A stretch of DNA of 64,000 nt from Octopus vulgaris (lineage: Eukaryota). The notes under the pieces were generated by a model. That model was not told the DNA's origin. It did not search any database and saw only the letters and a program-made list of their open reading frames with translations. Position numbers and translations under genes: made by a program. This document shows, one piece after another, positions 51,387 through 63,963 of the stretch. Location: contig OX597836.1 of NCBI GenBank assembly GCA_951406725.2, forward strand, positions 29,574,001 to 29,638,000. The letters are read 5' to 3'. Every line of letters begins with the position of its first letter. Position 1 is the stretch's first letter.

Positions 51387-52000
51387 AGGGTGCATGGTCT
51401 AAATGGGACCTCCCTAAGAGGAAACTAACATGGACTGACCTGTGGAGGCTGGAACCTTTTCACATCTTCCTGCCATGAGCAATGTATGACACACTTCCAA
51501 CACCAACGAACCTGTAAGATGAGGTTTGAGGGAAGGCCAGCTGTGTAGACTTTGTGGAGAAAGGGGCACTCTGGCATACATTTTGGCAGAGTGCAGCATA
51601 GTACTTTCCCAAGGCAGATATAACTGGCACCATGTTAGGATGCTTGCAACATTTGCTCTCACTCTGGAGTCGGAAAGGCAAAAAAAACCATCATCACTAG
51701 GGGAAGGCAACAGCAATTAAGTTCATGAAAGAGGGAGAGAGGCTAGTAAAAGTCGGCAAAAACAATGTATAGCTTGCTGCATGGATCTCACCCATGGGAT
51801 ATGAAAGAGGACTTAGGGGAGAGATTGCAGTTTTCCCAGGTTGTCCATATAACCCTAAAGCCAGATGTGGTCTTGTAGTCTGAAAAGGACAAGAAAATTA
51901 TTGTAATTGAACTCACAGTCCCATGGAAAGAGGAGTGTGATGAAGCCCATGAATGAAAGCATGCCAGATATGAGAGCCTTCTGCAGGATTGCAGGGAGAA
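51387..52000 (+). mobile_element. HERO/R2-group RLE LINE fragment (zinc knuckle plus endonuclease)
   Basis: QGAWSKW..LTWTDLWRLEP..YDTLPTPTNL..CRLCGERGTLAYILAEC..LSQGRYNWHH..LKPDVVL*S..IELTVPWKEE; stops and frameshifts. Confidence 0.88.
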
Positions 52001-52009
52001 TGAATGCAG

Positions 52010-52376
52010 GTAGACAGAAACTGCAAGAAGCCCGTCGTATATATGTAAAGGGAAAGTTTACGAAAATAAACAAAAGACGAAGGCAGGTGGAGTACAAACA
52101 AACAAATGTATTAGTATAGCGCTCAGGAATAGAAAAAGTCTTTTACGTTTCGAGCCATACATATATGTATGTATGTGTGTGCATATGTGTCTGTGTGTCT
52201 ATGTTTGTCCCCCCAACATTGCTTGACAACCGATGCTGGTGTGTTTACGTCCCCGTAACTTAACGGTTCGGCAAAAGAGACCAATAGAATAAGTCCTGGG
52301 GTCGATTTGCTCAACTAAAGGCGGTGCTCCAGCATGGCCACAGTCAAACGACTGAAACTAGTAAAAGAGTAAAAGA
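52010..52376 (+). mobile_element. SINE family A (5'-truncated) with a Penelope-like insert (52045-52156) in its TA tract
   Basis: Family halves flank an unrelated segment ending TTTTACGTTTCGAGCC. Confidence 0.75.
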
Positions 52377-52594
52377 TGAGAAAGTAGGGTTTGTATGTGG
52401 AAAATGCACAGGTACTATGGTACTATGGTACTATGGTACTATTCAGCTGCTGTAATTACCTGAAAGCAGAATTGGCACATACTGCAATCCCTTCCCTTCT
52501 GACATCTCCACTCCACCCCACCGAACCATTTCCATTCCTTGTTATCATTCCTGTCCACAATATTTCTACCAATCACCTCCTTGCTATGCTTTCA

Positions 52595-52601
<7 letters not shown>

Positions 52602-52676
<75 letters not shown>

Positions 52677-52890
52677 TCCCTCTCTCTTTCCCCTCTCTCT
52701 CTCCCTCTCTCTCTCCCTCTCTCTCTCCCTCTCTCTCACCCTCTGTCCCACTCTCTCTCTCTCTCTATCCCTCTCTCTCTCTCACTTTCTCTCCCTCTCT
52801 CTTTCCCCTCTCTCTCACCCACTCTCTCTCCCTCTGTCCCACTCTCTCTCTCTCTCTCTCTCTCTCTATCCCTCTCTCTCTCTCACCCCT
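52602..52890. repeat. (CT)n polypyrimidine microsatellite
   Basis: Directly visible. Confidence 0.97.
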
Positions 52891-53651
52891 CCACTAAACT
52901 CTATTCTTAACACTTCTCTTATCTGCTTTCTTTCTCAATACCCTCTCATATCATATCTATAGCACCTTTATGTACCTGTGCATGTTCTTCTCCACTGCTT
53001 CTACACTTTACATATCATGCTACTACTTCTTGACCTCTTCTTCTTCTACCTAATTCACTCCTGTATCTCTCACTTTACCCCTCTCCATTCTGGTATTCTC
53101 CCCTTCAACTGCACCTCTACCCTAGTTCCTCACACTATATTCTGTTGCTCCCCTCCACACCCTTATGAAAGAATCCACTCTCTCTTCCCTTCCCATAACC
53201 CACTGTCTGTATCCAATCTTATGCTCACACTCTTGTACCTCAAGTACCTCAGCACTTCATCACAACCTTCCTCTTGTCTCCTTCAGCCAAGTATCTCCTC
53301 TATAGCAAGATGCCTGAGTTTGTCCTTCTATTATAGTCTAGCCAGTCAACACTTGGCATAAAGCCTCCCACCTAACTACCTTCCCCTCTTAGTAGTGGGA
53401 ACTTTTTCTTTTTTTTTTTCTTGTTCTTTTTCTGTCTTGCTAGTTTAATCAGGTGTCCTCACCAGGGTCCTATCGGCAGGTAAAAAAAAACAAAACACCA
53501 ATACACTCTGTAAAGTGATTGGCATTAGGAGGGGCATACAGCATTAGAAACCATGCCAAATTTGACACTGGATCCTGTCAAACTGTTCAACCCATGCTAA
53601 TATGGAAAATGGATGTTAAATGATGATGATGATGATATATATATATATATA

Positions 53652-53717
<66 letters not shown>

Positions 53718-53787
53718 CAAAATTAGAAAATGGAGAAACATTGGATATATATTATCCCATGGTGGGTTGAATTTTCAACCCCTATCT

Positions 53788-53834
<47 letters not shown>

Positions 53835-53836
<2 letters not shown>

Positions 53837-54310
53837 ACCATCATCATTGTTTAACGTCTGCTTTCCATGCTGGCATGGGTTGGACAGTTTTGACTGAGGG
53901 CTGACAGTTTGACAGAAGGCTGCACCAGGCTCCAATCTGATCTGGCGATATTTCTACAGCTGGATGCCCTTCCTAATGCCAACCACTCCAAGAGTGTAGT
54001 GGGTGCTTTTTATATGCCACCAGCGCAGAGGCCAGTCAGGCAGGCCTGGCATCGATCACTTTCAAATAATGCTTTTTACATGCCACTGGCACAGGATCCA
54101 GTCAGGGGGTACTGGCATCAGCCATGTTCAGTTGGTGCTTTTTACATGGCACCAACATAGGAGCTAGTCAGGGGGTACTAGCATTGGCCACGTTTGGATG
54201 GTGATTTTTATGTGCCACCAGCACAGGAACCAGTCAGGGGACATAGGCATTGACCACGTTCCAATGATGCATTTTACATGCCACAGGAATGGGAGCCAGT
54301 CAGGGGGCTA
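53835..54310 (-). mobile_element. Family C retroposon carrying ~5 tandem ~62-bp internal units
   Basis: Unit GGTGCTTTTTACATGCCACCAGCACAGGAGCCAGTCAGGGGGTACTGGCAT.. repeated over ~54000-54310. Confidence 0.8.
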
Positions 54311-54685
54311 CGATTTTGGTTTTACTTGACTCAACAGGTCTTCTCAAGCATATCATATTGCCCGATATGGGCTGGACATGCAACTTAAATGAGCTGGATA
54401 TGCAACACTGGCATTGACCATGGCTGTGATCTCACTTTAGTTGCTGATTTTTTATCATTTACTTATAAAAGTTATTAGACCGCAGCCATGCTGGGATGCC
54501 ATCTTGAAGAATTTTAGTTGAAAGAACTGAACCCAATGCTTTTTTTAAAAATCTGATATCAGTTGCTGAGCCACTAAGTTATGGGGTCATAAACGCACCA
54601 AAACTTGTTGTCAAGCAGAGGTAGGGGGCCAAACAAAGACACCAAGGCACACACACATTAGATATAACTACATACATACATACAT

Positions 54686-54777
<92 letters not shown>

Positions 54778-54797
54778 ATAGACAGACAGACAGATAG
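54686..54797. repeat. (GATA)n microsatellite
   Basis: Directly visible. Confidence 0.97.
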
Positions 54798-54929
54798 GTA
54801 ATAATAGGGATAAATATGCCTACTAGCAGCTCTAATTCTACCTTTTTCTAGAGACCAGTTTGACCAGCTCATGAAACATTCTATAGCTTACATACAGAAA
54901 GATATCTACTTATATAACCTGGATGGAAG

Positions 54930-54968
<39 letters not shown>

Positions 54969-55348
54969 TATCAAGATTTTTCAATTTCTGTTTCACTTGT
55001 CACATAGATGTTATCATAGCTGTGGCTAATTTAATTTATTTAGAATTATTGAGTAAGCACTTTTGTGATAAATACCTCGTTTTTAGTGGAGTCAAATGTA
55101 TGATGTGAATCACGTGTGTCCATCTATCTAACTATCTATGCATTTATCTCTGTAATGAATTTTACATATTTGTGTGTTTGTGTTTGTGTGTGTATGTATG
55201 TCTGTGTGTGTGTATGTATATATATATAAATACGATCCTATATATATATAATTGTTAAAGAGGTCAACAAACTTTAAGGCAAGGCAAACATCTCAAGTCA
55301 TAAATATTATTATTATTGGAAAATATATATTATATACACACACACATA

Positions 55349-55396
<48 letters not shown>

Positions 55397-55830
55397 TGTA
55401 TATTATAAACTATACATTACAAACTATACATTAAATGTGTGTGTATGGTACCATGGGCAAGTGTCTACTATTATAGCCTGGGGCTGACCAAAGCCTTGTG
55501 AGTGGATTTGATAAACAGAAACTGAAAGAAGCTCATCATGTGTGTGTGTGTGTGTGTTTGTCTCTCGCCACTGCTTAACAACCAGTGATGGTGTGTTTAT
55601 GTCCTCGTAACTTAGCACGTCAGCAAAAGCGACCAATAGAATAAGTAACATGCTTATTAAAAGTAATTAAGTTTTGGGGTTGATTTATTATTTGAGTAAA
55701 TTTCTTCAAGGTGGTGCCCCAGCATGGTCACAGCCTAATGACTGAGTTAAGTAAAAGATAAAAGATAAAAGATGATTTCCAAGCTGGGAAAACATTGACT
55801 CAAATGTTTTGTAAAGAAGAAGCTGAAGTA

Positions 55831-56244
55831 GTGTATCTTCCAGCATACAAGTTGACATAGTACACGATGGGGTACTGTAAAGTTCCTAGCTCTAAGGGTA
55901 TCACAGAAGGCCTGGCTGGAAGCCCAACCTTCTGAGTTGTTTCACAGGACTTAGAAAAACTGAAGGACTGCTGCAGTAAATGTGTGAATGTGAGAGGGGA
56001 ATATGTTGAATAAAATCATAATTAAATGATCCTCCTACCCAAAGCCACAAACATTTCAGCACCCTCTTGCATAACATAAATCTGTATTGTAAACATTCAA
56101 ATATCATCATTATCTTACCAAATCCTGCTGCATCTCACATAAAATGTTTGGTCCCTCATAGTCATCTTGGATTATAAGTTAACCTACCTTTTCCTGGCTG
56201 TAAATTTTGGTCAACCAATTTGATTTGTAGGCCAGAAAATACTG
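55831..56244 (-). mobile_element. Tc2-type MITE (copy 5) with a nested mariner-type MITE (55865-56069)
   Basis: Outer TIRs GTGTATCTTCCAGCATACAAG / TTTGTAGGCCAGAAAATACTG; inner element is the reverse complement of 9384-9601. Confidence 0.8.
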
Positions 56245-56509
56245 TAGATGACAGTTGACTTGCATCCTATGATATTTTCAAGATAATTACAAAACCTTGT
56301 AAGACAATTAATAGATGTGAACTTGGATCTGTTGCGATTGCAACTGTCATGAAGCAGATTGCAAATGAAATTACCAAAGTCATCTGTTTGAGTAACAAAA
56401 ATGAATCTTTAGTGATGCTTGTTTTGCCTCTGTAGCACATGTATAAATATAATGGCTTGTGTTACCTCAGTAGAACATATATACATATAAATGAAAAACA
56501 CATTTAAGA

Positions 56510-56736
56510 TTGTGGCCGTTGCCAGTACCGCCTGACTGGACCTCATGCCAATGGCACATAAAAGCACCCACTACACTCTCGAAGTGGTTGGCATTAGGAA
56601 GGGCATCTAGCTGTAGAAACTCTGCCAGATCAGATTGGAGCCTGGCGCAGCCATCTGGTTCGCCAGTCCACAGTCAAATCGTCCAACCCATACCAGCATG
56701 GAAAGCGAACGTTAAACGATGATGATGATGATGATG
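56510..56736 (+). mobile_element. Family C retroposon
   Basis: Family body and (GAT)n tail. Confidence 0.8.
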
Positions 56737-57265
56737 AATGACTTGTTCTGCTTCTATAATACATATATATGCAGTACATAAATAGATATATAAGGGTCAG
56801 GGTCTATTGCTTTATTTTCAAAATGCTGTGCCAATGGTTCTTTGCATAAACAGTATGGGTCCATCCTCGGCATTTAATTTCAAGACAACTAAGATGATTT
56901 CTTCAAAATGTTTTTGTTCTTCTTATGAAAGCTGTCAACCCTATCAAACCAAATTCATTTCATGATCATCTTTTTCAGGAACTTAATGATTGAAATGTCG
57001 AAAAGTTTAAACACTTAGTGATGTATTGAGGGGTAACAGCTATCAATAAGTAATTGTCTTTCATTACATTGTGGCACTTTGGGACAGTTTTGTGTTATTG
57101 CTGACTAGGAGACAACTTAGTGAATGAACATATGGTTGCTGCCAGACGTGATGTACTTTAACCTCAGATATATTTCAAGACCTTAATTTCAGAACAAACA
57201 TTTACAAGAAAAATATTGTAACTTTATATCTTGCAAAACATTAATTAATATTTTCTTTGGAAATA

Positions 57266-57890
57266 AGGCGGTGAGCTGACAGAATTCTTAGAATACTGGG
57301 CCAAATGCTTAGCGACATTTTGTCCATCTTCGCATTCTGAGTTCACATTCCACCGAGGTTAACTTTGCCTATCATCCTTTCAGGGTCGATAAAATAAGTA
57401 CCAGTTGAGCACTGGGGTTAATGTAATCAACTGACCCCCTTCCCCCAAAATTGCTGATCATGTGCTAAAATTTGAAACCTAAGATAGCAAGCCGATAGAA
57501 TTATTACCACGTTTCATCTATCTTTACCTTCTGAGTTCAAATTCTGCTGAGGTCAACTTTGCCTTTCATCCTTTTGGGATCAATAAAATGAGTACTAGTT
57601 GAACATTGGGGATTGATGTAATAGAATAATCCCCCAAATTGCTGGCTTTGTGCCAAAGTTTGAAATTATTTAAGGCAGTGAGCTGGCTGAATCATTAGCA
57701 CACCAGGCAAAATACTTTGTCTGTCTTAATGTTCTGAGTTCACATTCCGTCAAGATCAACATTGTCTTTAATCCTTTTGGGGTTGGTAAAATAATTACTA
57801 GTTAATCACTAGGGTTGATGTAGTAGTCTGGCTCTCTTCCCCCATGCCCCACCCCAGAAATTGTTGGCCTAATACCAAAAATTTGAAACC
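57266..57890 (+). mobile_element. Head-to-tail array of three family B (variant tail) SINEs
   Basis: Units start ~57266, ~57481 and ~57672, each ending AAA[AG]TTTGAAA. Confidence 0.8.
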
Positions 57891-58620
57891 AATATTTTCA
57901 CTGAAAAAAACATAAGCCATTCAAAGTTAATAAACAAAATTATGATCTCGGTGACACTTAACATAAAACTGTAAGACAATGATTTTCCTGTGTATGTTAA
58001 GTATCTGATGTATTTTTACAGTGACATGTAAGGTCAGTTCAGAAACTTGCCAGAGACAAGCATTCCAAGTAGAGAGGTGTATCTACTTGAGATAAGTACA
58101 GCTAATATGGTATCATATTGCATTACATGAAAGCCTCAAGTTACAGATTAACAAAACAACTGATGCTCAGTTTAAAAAATGACAAATGTAATTTTATAAC
58201 AAAGTAATAAAATTGCTTGGATATAGTAAAATGATATGTTATTGCTTTGTCAACTTCTTGTCTTGTCTAATCTAGTTGGAACTTGTAACCACCTCAATGT
58301 TGTAAGATGTGATCCTTGTTTATTACTAATAAGGACTACGGCTTATTAATTCTTTGAAAAACTTGCAAGTTTGTATTTGGCTCACACTGAATAAAATGTA
58401 ATCATGAGAATTTAAAAAATTTTTTTGTTACTATTCAATAGTATATAAGACATCTACTTCAATACACAGTTGAGATAAGGTATCTCAAATATTATTTTAG
58501 CAAGTTTTATGCCATAAAGCATTTACTATTTCTATGGTGTCCCCTCCTTCTCCTGATGCCCTAAGTACATCCTTATTTTGCTTAATGGTTAATCCAGCAT
58601 TATCCAGAGGGTTTTTTTTA

Positions 58621-59132
58621 CCGTAAATCCTTGAGTATAGTCCACTCTTGAGTATAATACGCAAGGGATTTTTAGGGGGCTGGACCTCTGAAAAACCTAA
58701 ACCTTGTGTATAATACGCACCCCTTCTCTAATTTGAGTCTAGGAGGTCTATATAACGTCCTTGGTTTGTAAAAATGTATATGGTAACGCACTTTATTATT
58801 ATTGTATATATTACATAATGCAAATGTGTAGCTTTTTTGTGCATTTTGTTTGCAGAAAATAAAGAAATAATAGTAATAACATTTAATAAATGTTGCTTAC
58901 TGCAAGTTATGGATGATTCTTTTATGACTTCATTGCTTTCAGGCTTAGCTTAAGGTATTTTCGCGCCCGACAACACAAAATGCGTCTGAATAAACATTGC
59001 CGGACAGCAAATAGAGACTCGGACATTGTTTTGAAAATAATTTACATTTTTAACCTCGTATATAGTATGCACTAGGGATTTTGACCTTTAAATTTTGGGA
59101 AAAAAATGTGGATTGTACTTGAGGATTTATGG
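58621..59132. mobile_element. Tc2/pogo-type MITE (512 bp)
   Basis: TA|CCGTAAATCCTTGAGTATAGTCC .. GGATTGTACTTGAGGATTTATGG|TA with subterminal repeats. Confidence 0.85.
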
Positions 59133-59289
59133 TATGTGAAAATTTAAACCCCACCCCCATAAGACATGTGGTATATTCTACAACTGCAGAGCATAGAGCC
59201 ACTGCTATTATTCTGGGTGTTTGAGAATTTTCTCCCAAGGCGGAAGCAAATACTTAAATGCTATTTCTAACCTTATTTATATTAATATG

Positions 59290-59545
59290 TTCAAAAGAAA
59301 AAGTGGAAGTGCATTGGTTAGCACAGTTAGAAAAGAAACACCAAATGTAGCGAAAAATGCTTTACAGTGGAATCCAGATGGATACAGAAAGAGAGGTAGG
59401 CCTAAGAACTCGTGGCGTAGATCAACACAAAAGGAACTAGAGAAAGGGAGATATTCACGGCAGAGTTTAAGTACAGAAGCGAAAAATTATGCAACATGGG
59501 ATTCAGTTATATAAGTGGCCTATACTTTGCGTTGGTGGGTTAAAG
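59290..59545 (+). mobile_element. RTE-clade LINE 3' fragment
   Basis: VRKETPNVAKNALQWNPDGYRKRGRPKNSWRR: typical RTE C-terminal ALxWNPxGxRKRGRPKxxWRR motif. Confidence 0.88.
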
Positions 59546-62254
59546 GCAGAAAAAAAAATGTAATTATCAATCATATACTGCAATTAATTAACAATAGTGT
59601 TGCTGCTTACAAGTTTTCAATGGATCAAACACTCATTCACCGCATTTTTCACAATGAGAGTGGTAAGGGAGTGTCTCTCAGTGCAGAACAAATATTCCAA
59701 GGGATTTCATTTGGAAAAGCACTGAGTTTTTCAAATGTTCTCACCAAAATTTACACCCTTCAGAATTGTTGCATTTACATCCTGCTGGGGATGGTGAAGT
59801 TTGTCTGTATAGAATATTATTTTGCGATTATAAAGTTGATCCTAATCTATCCTGCATTAGTATGGAAACTGTTGATGGTCTGCACCAACAAAAATAATAC
59901 AGAGAATTATTAACGACATTTTATCTTTAGATTTTTATTTGTTTCAGTCCATACTGGAGTACTGCCTTGCAGGGTTTAATTGAACAAATTGATCCCAGAG
60001 TTTATAATTTCTGATACTTATTCTATTGGTTGTACTCTTTTGCCTCAACTTTCTCTCACTCCTTCTTCCTGTTTCTTGAATAATACTGTGATGGACTGGT
60101 GTCCCGTCCAGCTGGGGGGAACACATGCCATAAAAACCGGGAAACCGGGCCCATGAGCCTGGCTAGGCTTGAAAAGGGCACATAAATAAAAGTGTATACT
60201 TATATAAGATATTTGTAGAGTATGTGATTTGAGGGAGATCTAGTTGCTATTTCTAGCCAGTCAAGCGACTGAGTAGAAGCTTCCTTATTCTCTCAGTGAT
60301 TCTTTGTTTGTTGTCATTGGTAAGCCAAACACAAATAAACTACAACTATTGAGAAATTATAATTCAATATGCACAGCCACGAGAATGTCAAAGATTGTTG
60401 TGTTAAGGTTTTATTGGCTCAATATCGATCGGAAATCATTTCCTTTCAAAACTAATGATATTTAAATGACTTGACGACCTTCTCCTGATGCTACTTCTAA
60501 CCTCATTTATATTAACGAGTTTATTTATGTATTTATTTATTATCTATTGCAATTGGTGAACGATAGTGTTGCCGTTTACAGATTTTCGGTGGACGGATCA
60601 AACACTGGTTCACTGAATTTCTTACAGTGAGAATGACATGGGTGTGTCCATAACTTGGTGCGAAGCAAATATTGCAAAGAATTTCATTTGAAAAGCACTG
60701 TTTTTTTTTTACCCTTTTATTATCATTATTTTTTTTTCTCACCAACATTTACATCCATCAGCTAAATATACAAACTTAATATATATTAACAAATGTATCA
60801 TCAAACCATTGATCTGAATAAATCTTCCGTCTTTTACGTTTCAGTCATTGGACTGCAGCCATGGTAGGGCACTGCCTTGAAGGGTTCTAGTTGAACGAAT
60901 CAACCCCGGTGCTTATTTTTTAGGCCTTGTACTTATTTTACTGGTTTCTTTTGCCAATTGCTAAACCTCTAAGTTACAGGGTGAGCCCGTGGCGGTTGAG
61001 ACCTCTGGTGTTCTTGCCCCCCCCTCCCCCAGACAATATCCCTGCTTACTGCTATTGGGGGAGAGATTGCTGCCTGCAAATGCAAGCCCCATGAGTCAGG
61101 GTGACTGTTCCAGTACATTTGCCTCTCTATCCTCCGGAGCAACATCTTTTCCACTAGTCTGCTGGTTTTGTATATTGTGAGAGGTTTTTACTGATTAAAA
61201 TGTGAACTATTTTGAGCAAAACATTGAAAATGCTAGTTATAGGGATGTAAACGAACTAACACCATTTTATCAAGTTCTGTCAGTGACAAACCCTGAGACA
61301 CATAGACACATGTGTGTGTGTGTGTGATGGGCTTCTTTCAGTCTCTGTCTACCAAATTTACTCACAAGGCCAGGGCTATAACAGAAGGCTCTTGCACAAG
61401 ATACCATGTAGTGGGACTGAACCTAGAACCACATGGTTGGAAAGCAAACTTTTTACCACATGTATCTATAAAATAATATACAATATCATGATAAAAAAAT
61501 ATACTTTTCTGGCAAATGACTTGATCTGAGAAAACCAAGGAAATACACACTTATATATACCCTTATATACACTCTTATATACTCTTGTGTAAGAGTATAT
61601 AAGAGCTGGTGAATGCTACCTAAAATATACATTTATATGTTACCTTTTATTATCTGTTTGTTTCACTGGACGGTGACCATGCTGGTGCACCACCTTGAAT
61701 TGGTGGTGGTGGTGGTGGTGGTGGTGGTGATGAAGACTATGGTTGGCTTATGGCTATAGTAGAAGACACTTGCCCAAAGTGCCATGTAGTGGGACAGAAC
61801 CTGGGACCATGTGGTTGGGTAGCAAAACTTCTTATCACATAGCCACACCTGTGCCTATTCAGACACATTTTATTTAGACCGCATCAACTAATGTATCCTT
61901 CCTTCTTTAAAACAGTAGGGTGTGATTTGATTGAGATTTAGCTGCTTTTCCTTGTCAACCAAACATCGACATGGAAAATTCAGTTTTGTGAGTTATTCTG
62001 ATAAGATGAAGCGACGGAAGCAGAAGTAGCCATGCTGAGATTAATGTTCAGACTTAAAAGGGAGGCAGAGATTAGTATGCTGAAGGAATGAGGCAGGTAA
62101 TCAGGGATATTGATTAGAGAATTAGCTAGAGAAGCTAAACTAGATCTCAGAGAGGGAGGTCAATAATTGGTTTCATGGCCTGCTAGAAATAGCAGCCAAA
62201 TCCTTCTCCACTCATTTGGTTTTGTCTTATACGAAGCAGTACACATTACATTAT

Positions 62255-62692
62255 TTCTTTATTGCCCACAAGGGGCTACACATAGAGGGGACAAGCAAGG
62301 ACAGACAAAGGGATTAAGTCGATTACATCGACCCAATGTGTAACTGGTACTTAATTCATCGATCCCGAAAGGATGAAAGGCAAAGTCGACCTCGGTGGAA
62401 TTTGAACCCAGAACATAAAGACAGACGAAATACCGCAAAGCATTTTGTCTGGCATGCTAACGTTTCTTATTTCTTTATTGCCCACAAGGGGCTAAACATA
62501 GAGGGGACAAACAAGGACAAACAAAGGGATTAAGTCGATTACATCGAACCAGTGCGTAACTGGTACTTATTTTATTGACCCTGAAAGAATGAAAAGCAAA
62601 GTTGACCTCAGCAGAATTTGAACTCAGAACGTAACGGCAAACGAAATACCGCTAAGCATTTCGTCCGGCATGCAAATGTTTCTGCAGCTCGC
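62255..62692 (-). mobile_element. SINE family B dimer with a single 14-bp TSD
   Basis: Two tandem units; ACACATTACATTAT at 62241-62254 and 62693-62706. Confidence 0.88.
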
Positions 62693-62990
62693 ACACATTA
62701 CATTATGTAGTCCTTGATATACTATGTATGAGAACAACACTGAACAGTCACACCTGAACATTTCTGATCTCAGGTCTGCTTGATCGTGGAAAACCTGATT
62801 CTAAGGAAGGAACAGCTATGTTAGTGAAGGCATGCCAAGGAAGGCACCTCTGAGGGCCACACAACCTACAAGAAATAGTAGCTAAGTTTCTTTTGAATCA
62901 CAGCTTACCATCTCAAAAAAGGAGAGGACTCAACAGCATGGCCATGACTGGAACACCTTCAATCATAAGTCAACTCAATCAGGATTGAAA

Positions 62991-63240
62991 AACTGGCACT
63001 CCATCAGTTAGAATGATGAGAGTTCCAGTTGACCCAATCAACAGATCAGCCTGCATATGAAATTAACGCAAAAGTGGTTGAGTACCCCACAGATATGCAT
63101 AACATTAACATAGGAGATTCAATGCGATGCAGAATGTAACACAGCTGGATCTCTGAATTACAGGTGCAACTCATTTTTGCTAGCTGCTGAGTGGACTGAA
63201 ACAGTGTGAAATGAAGTATCTTGCTCTAGGACACAAAGGT
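62991..63240 (-). mobile_element. SINE family D copy, truncated
   Basis: Match to the family body. Confidence 0.75.
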
Positions 63241-63276
63241 AGTACTGGGGTCTGTGGACTAAATTCAAAATTTCAT

Positions 63277-63635
63277 AAGAAGCTTGCTTCCCAACGACAT
63301 GGTTCTGGATTCAGTCCCACTGCGTGGTATCTTGGGTAAGTGTCTTATACAAGTACCTTGTGAGTGGATTTGGTAGACAGAAACTGAAAGAGCCCATTGT
63401 ATATATACATGTGTGTGTGTGTGTGTATTTGTGTGTCTGTGTCCCCCACCACCATCATTGCTTGACAACCGATGTTAATGAGTTTATGTCCCCTTAACTT
63501 AGCAGTTCAGCAAAAGAGACCGATAGAATAAGTACAAGGCTTACAAAGAGTAAGTTCTGGGATCAATTCATTCAACTAAAGGCAGCGCTCCAGCATGGCC
63601 ACATTCAAATGACTGAAACAAGTGAAAAAATAAAA
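63277..63635 (+). mobile_element. SINE family A copy
   Basis: Match to the family. Confidence 0.87.
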
Positions 63636-63769
63636 GTATATATAAGGATAAGCATAATAAAAGGGGTCCACGGGAAAACTCATTTAAATAAACGGGTTGG
63701 AAACCACTGCTGGGAACCCTTGTGAAAAGGCTGGGAACCACTGTCTTAGTGTTTAAATTGGCAATAGCA

Positions 63770-63963
63770 GGCCCAGATATTCTACCTGTTTTAAGTTTAA
63801 ACAGACTAAATTTGGCCTTTCACACCTACCATACAATATCATTTTAAAAATATAGAATCATATCATCAAAAATCTCAAAGCTACAAGATAATGCATGGTT
63901 AATCCAAAACAATGTGATTGAAAAGCATTACATTTGATAATAATTTAAATGCTACAGGATTAA
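63770..63963. mobile_element. TTAA-type MITE; inverted copy at ~21740-21915
   Basis: Reverse-complement similarity between the two loci; ends AAATGCTACAGGATTAA. Confidence 0.6.

Noticed and set aside
56283-56435. Possible plus-strand exons in the 46.6-64 kb CpG-poor block (also ~56980 and ~58022)
   Set aside because: Acceptor-like sites exist, but the frames stop early or cannot be chained
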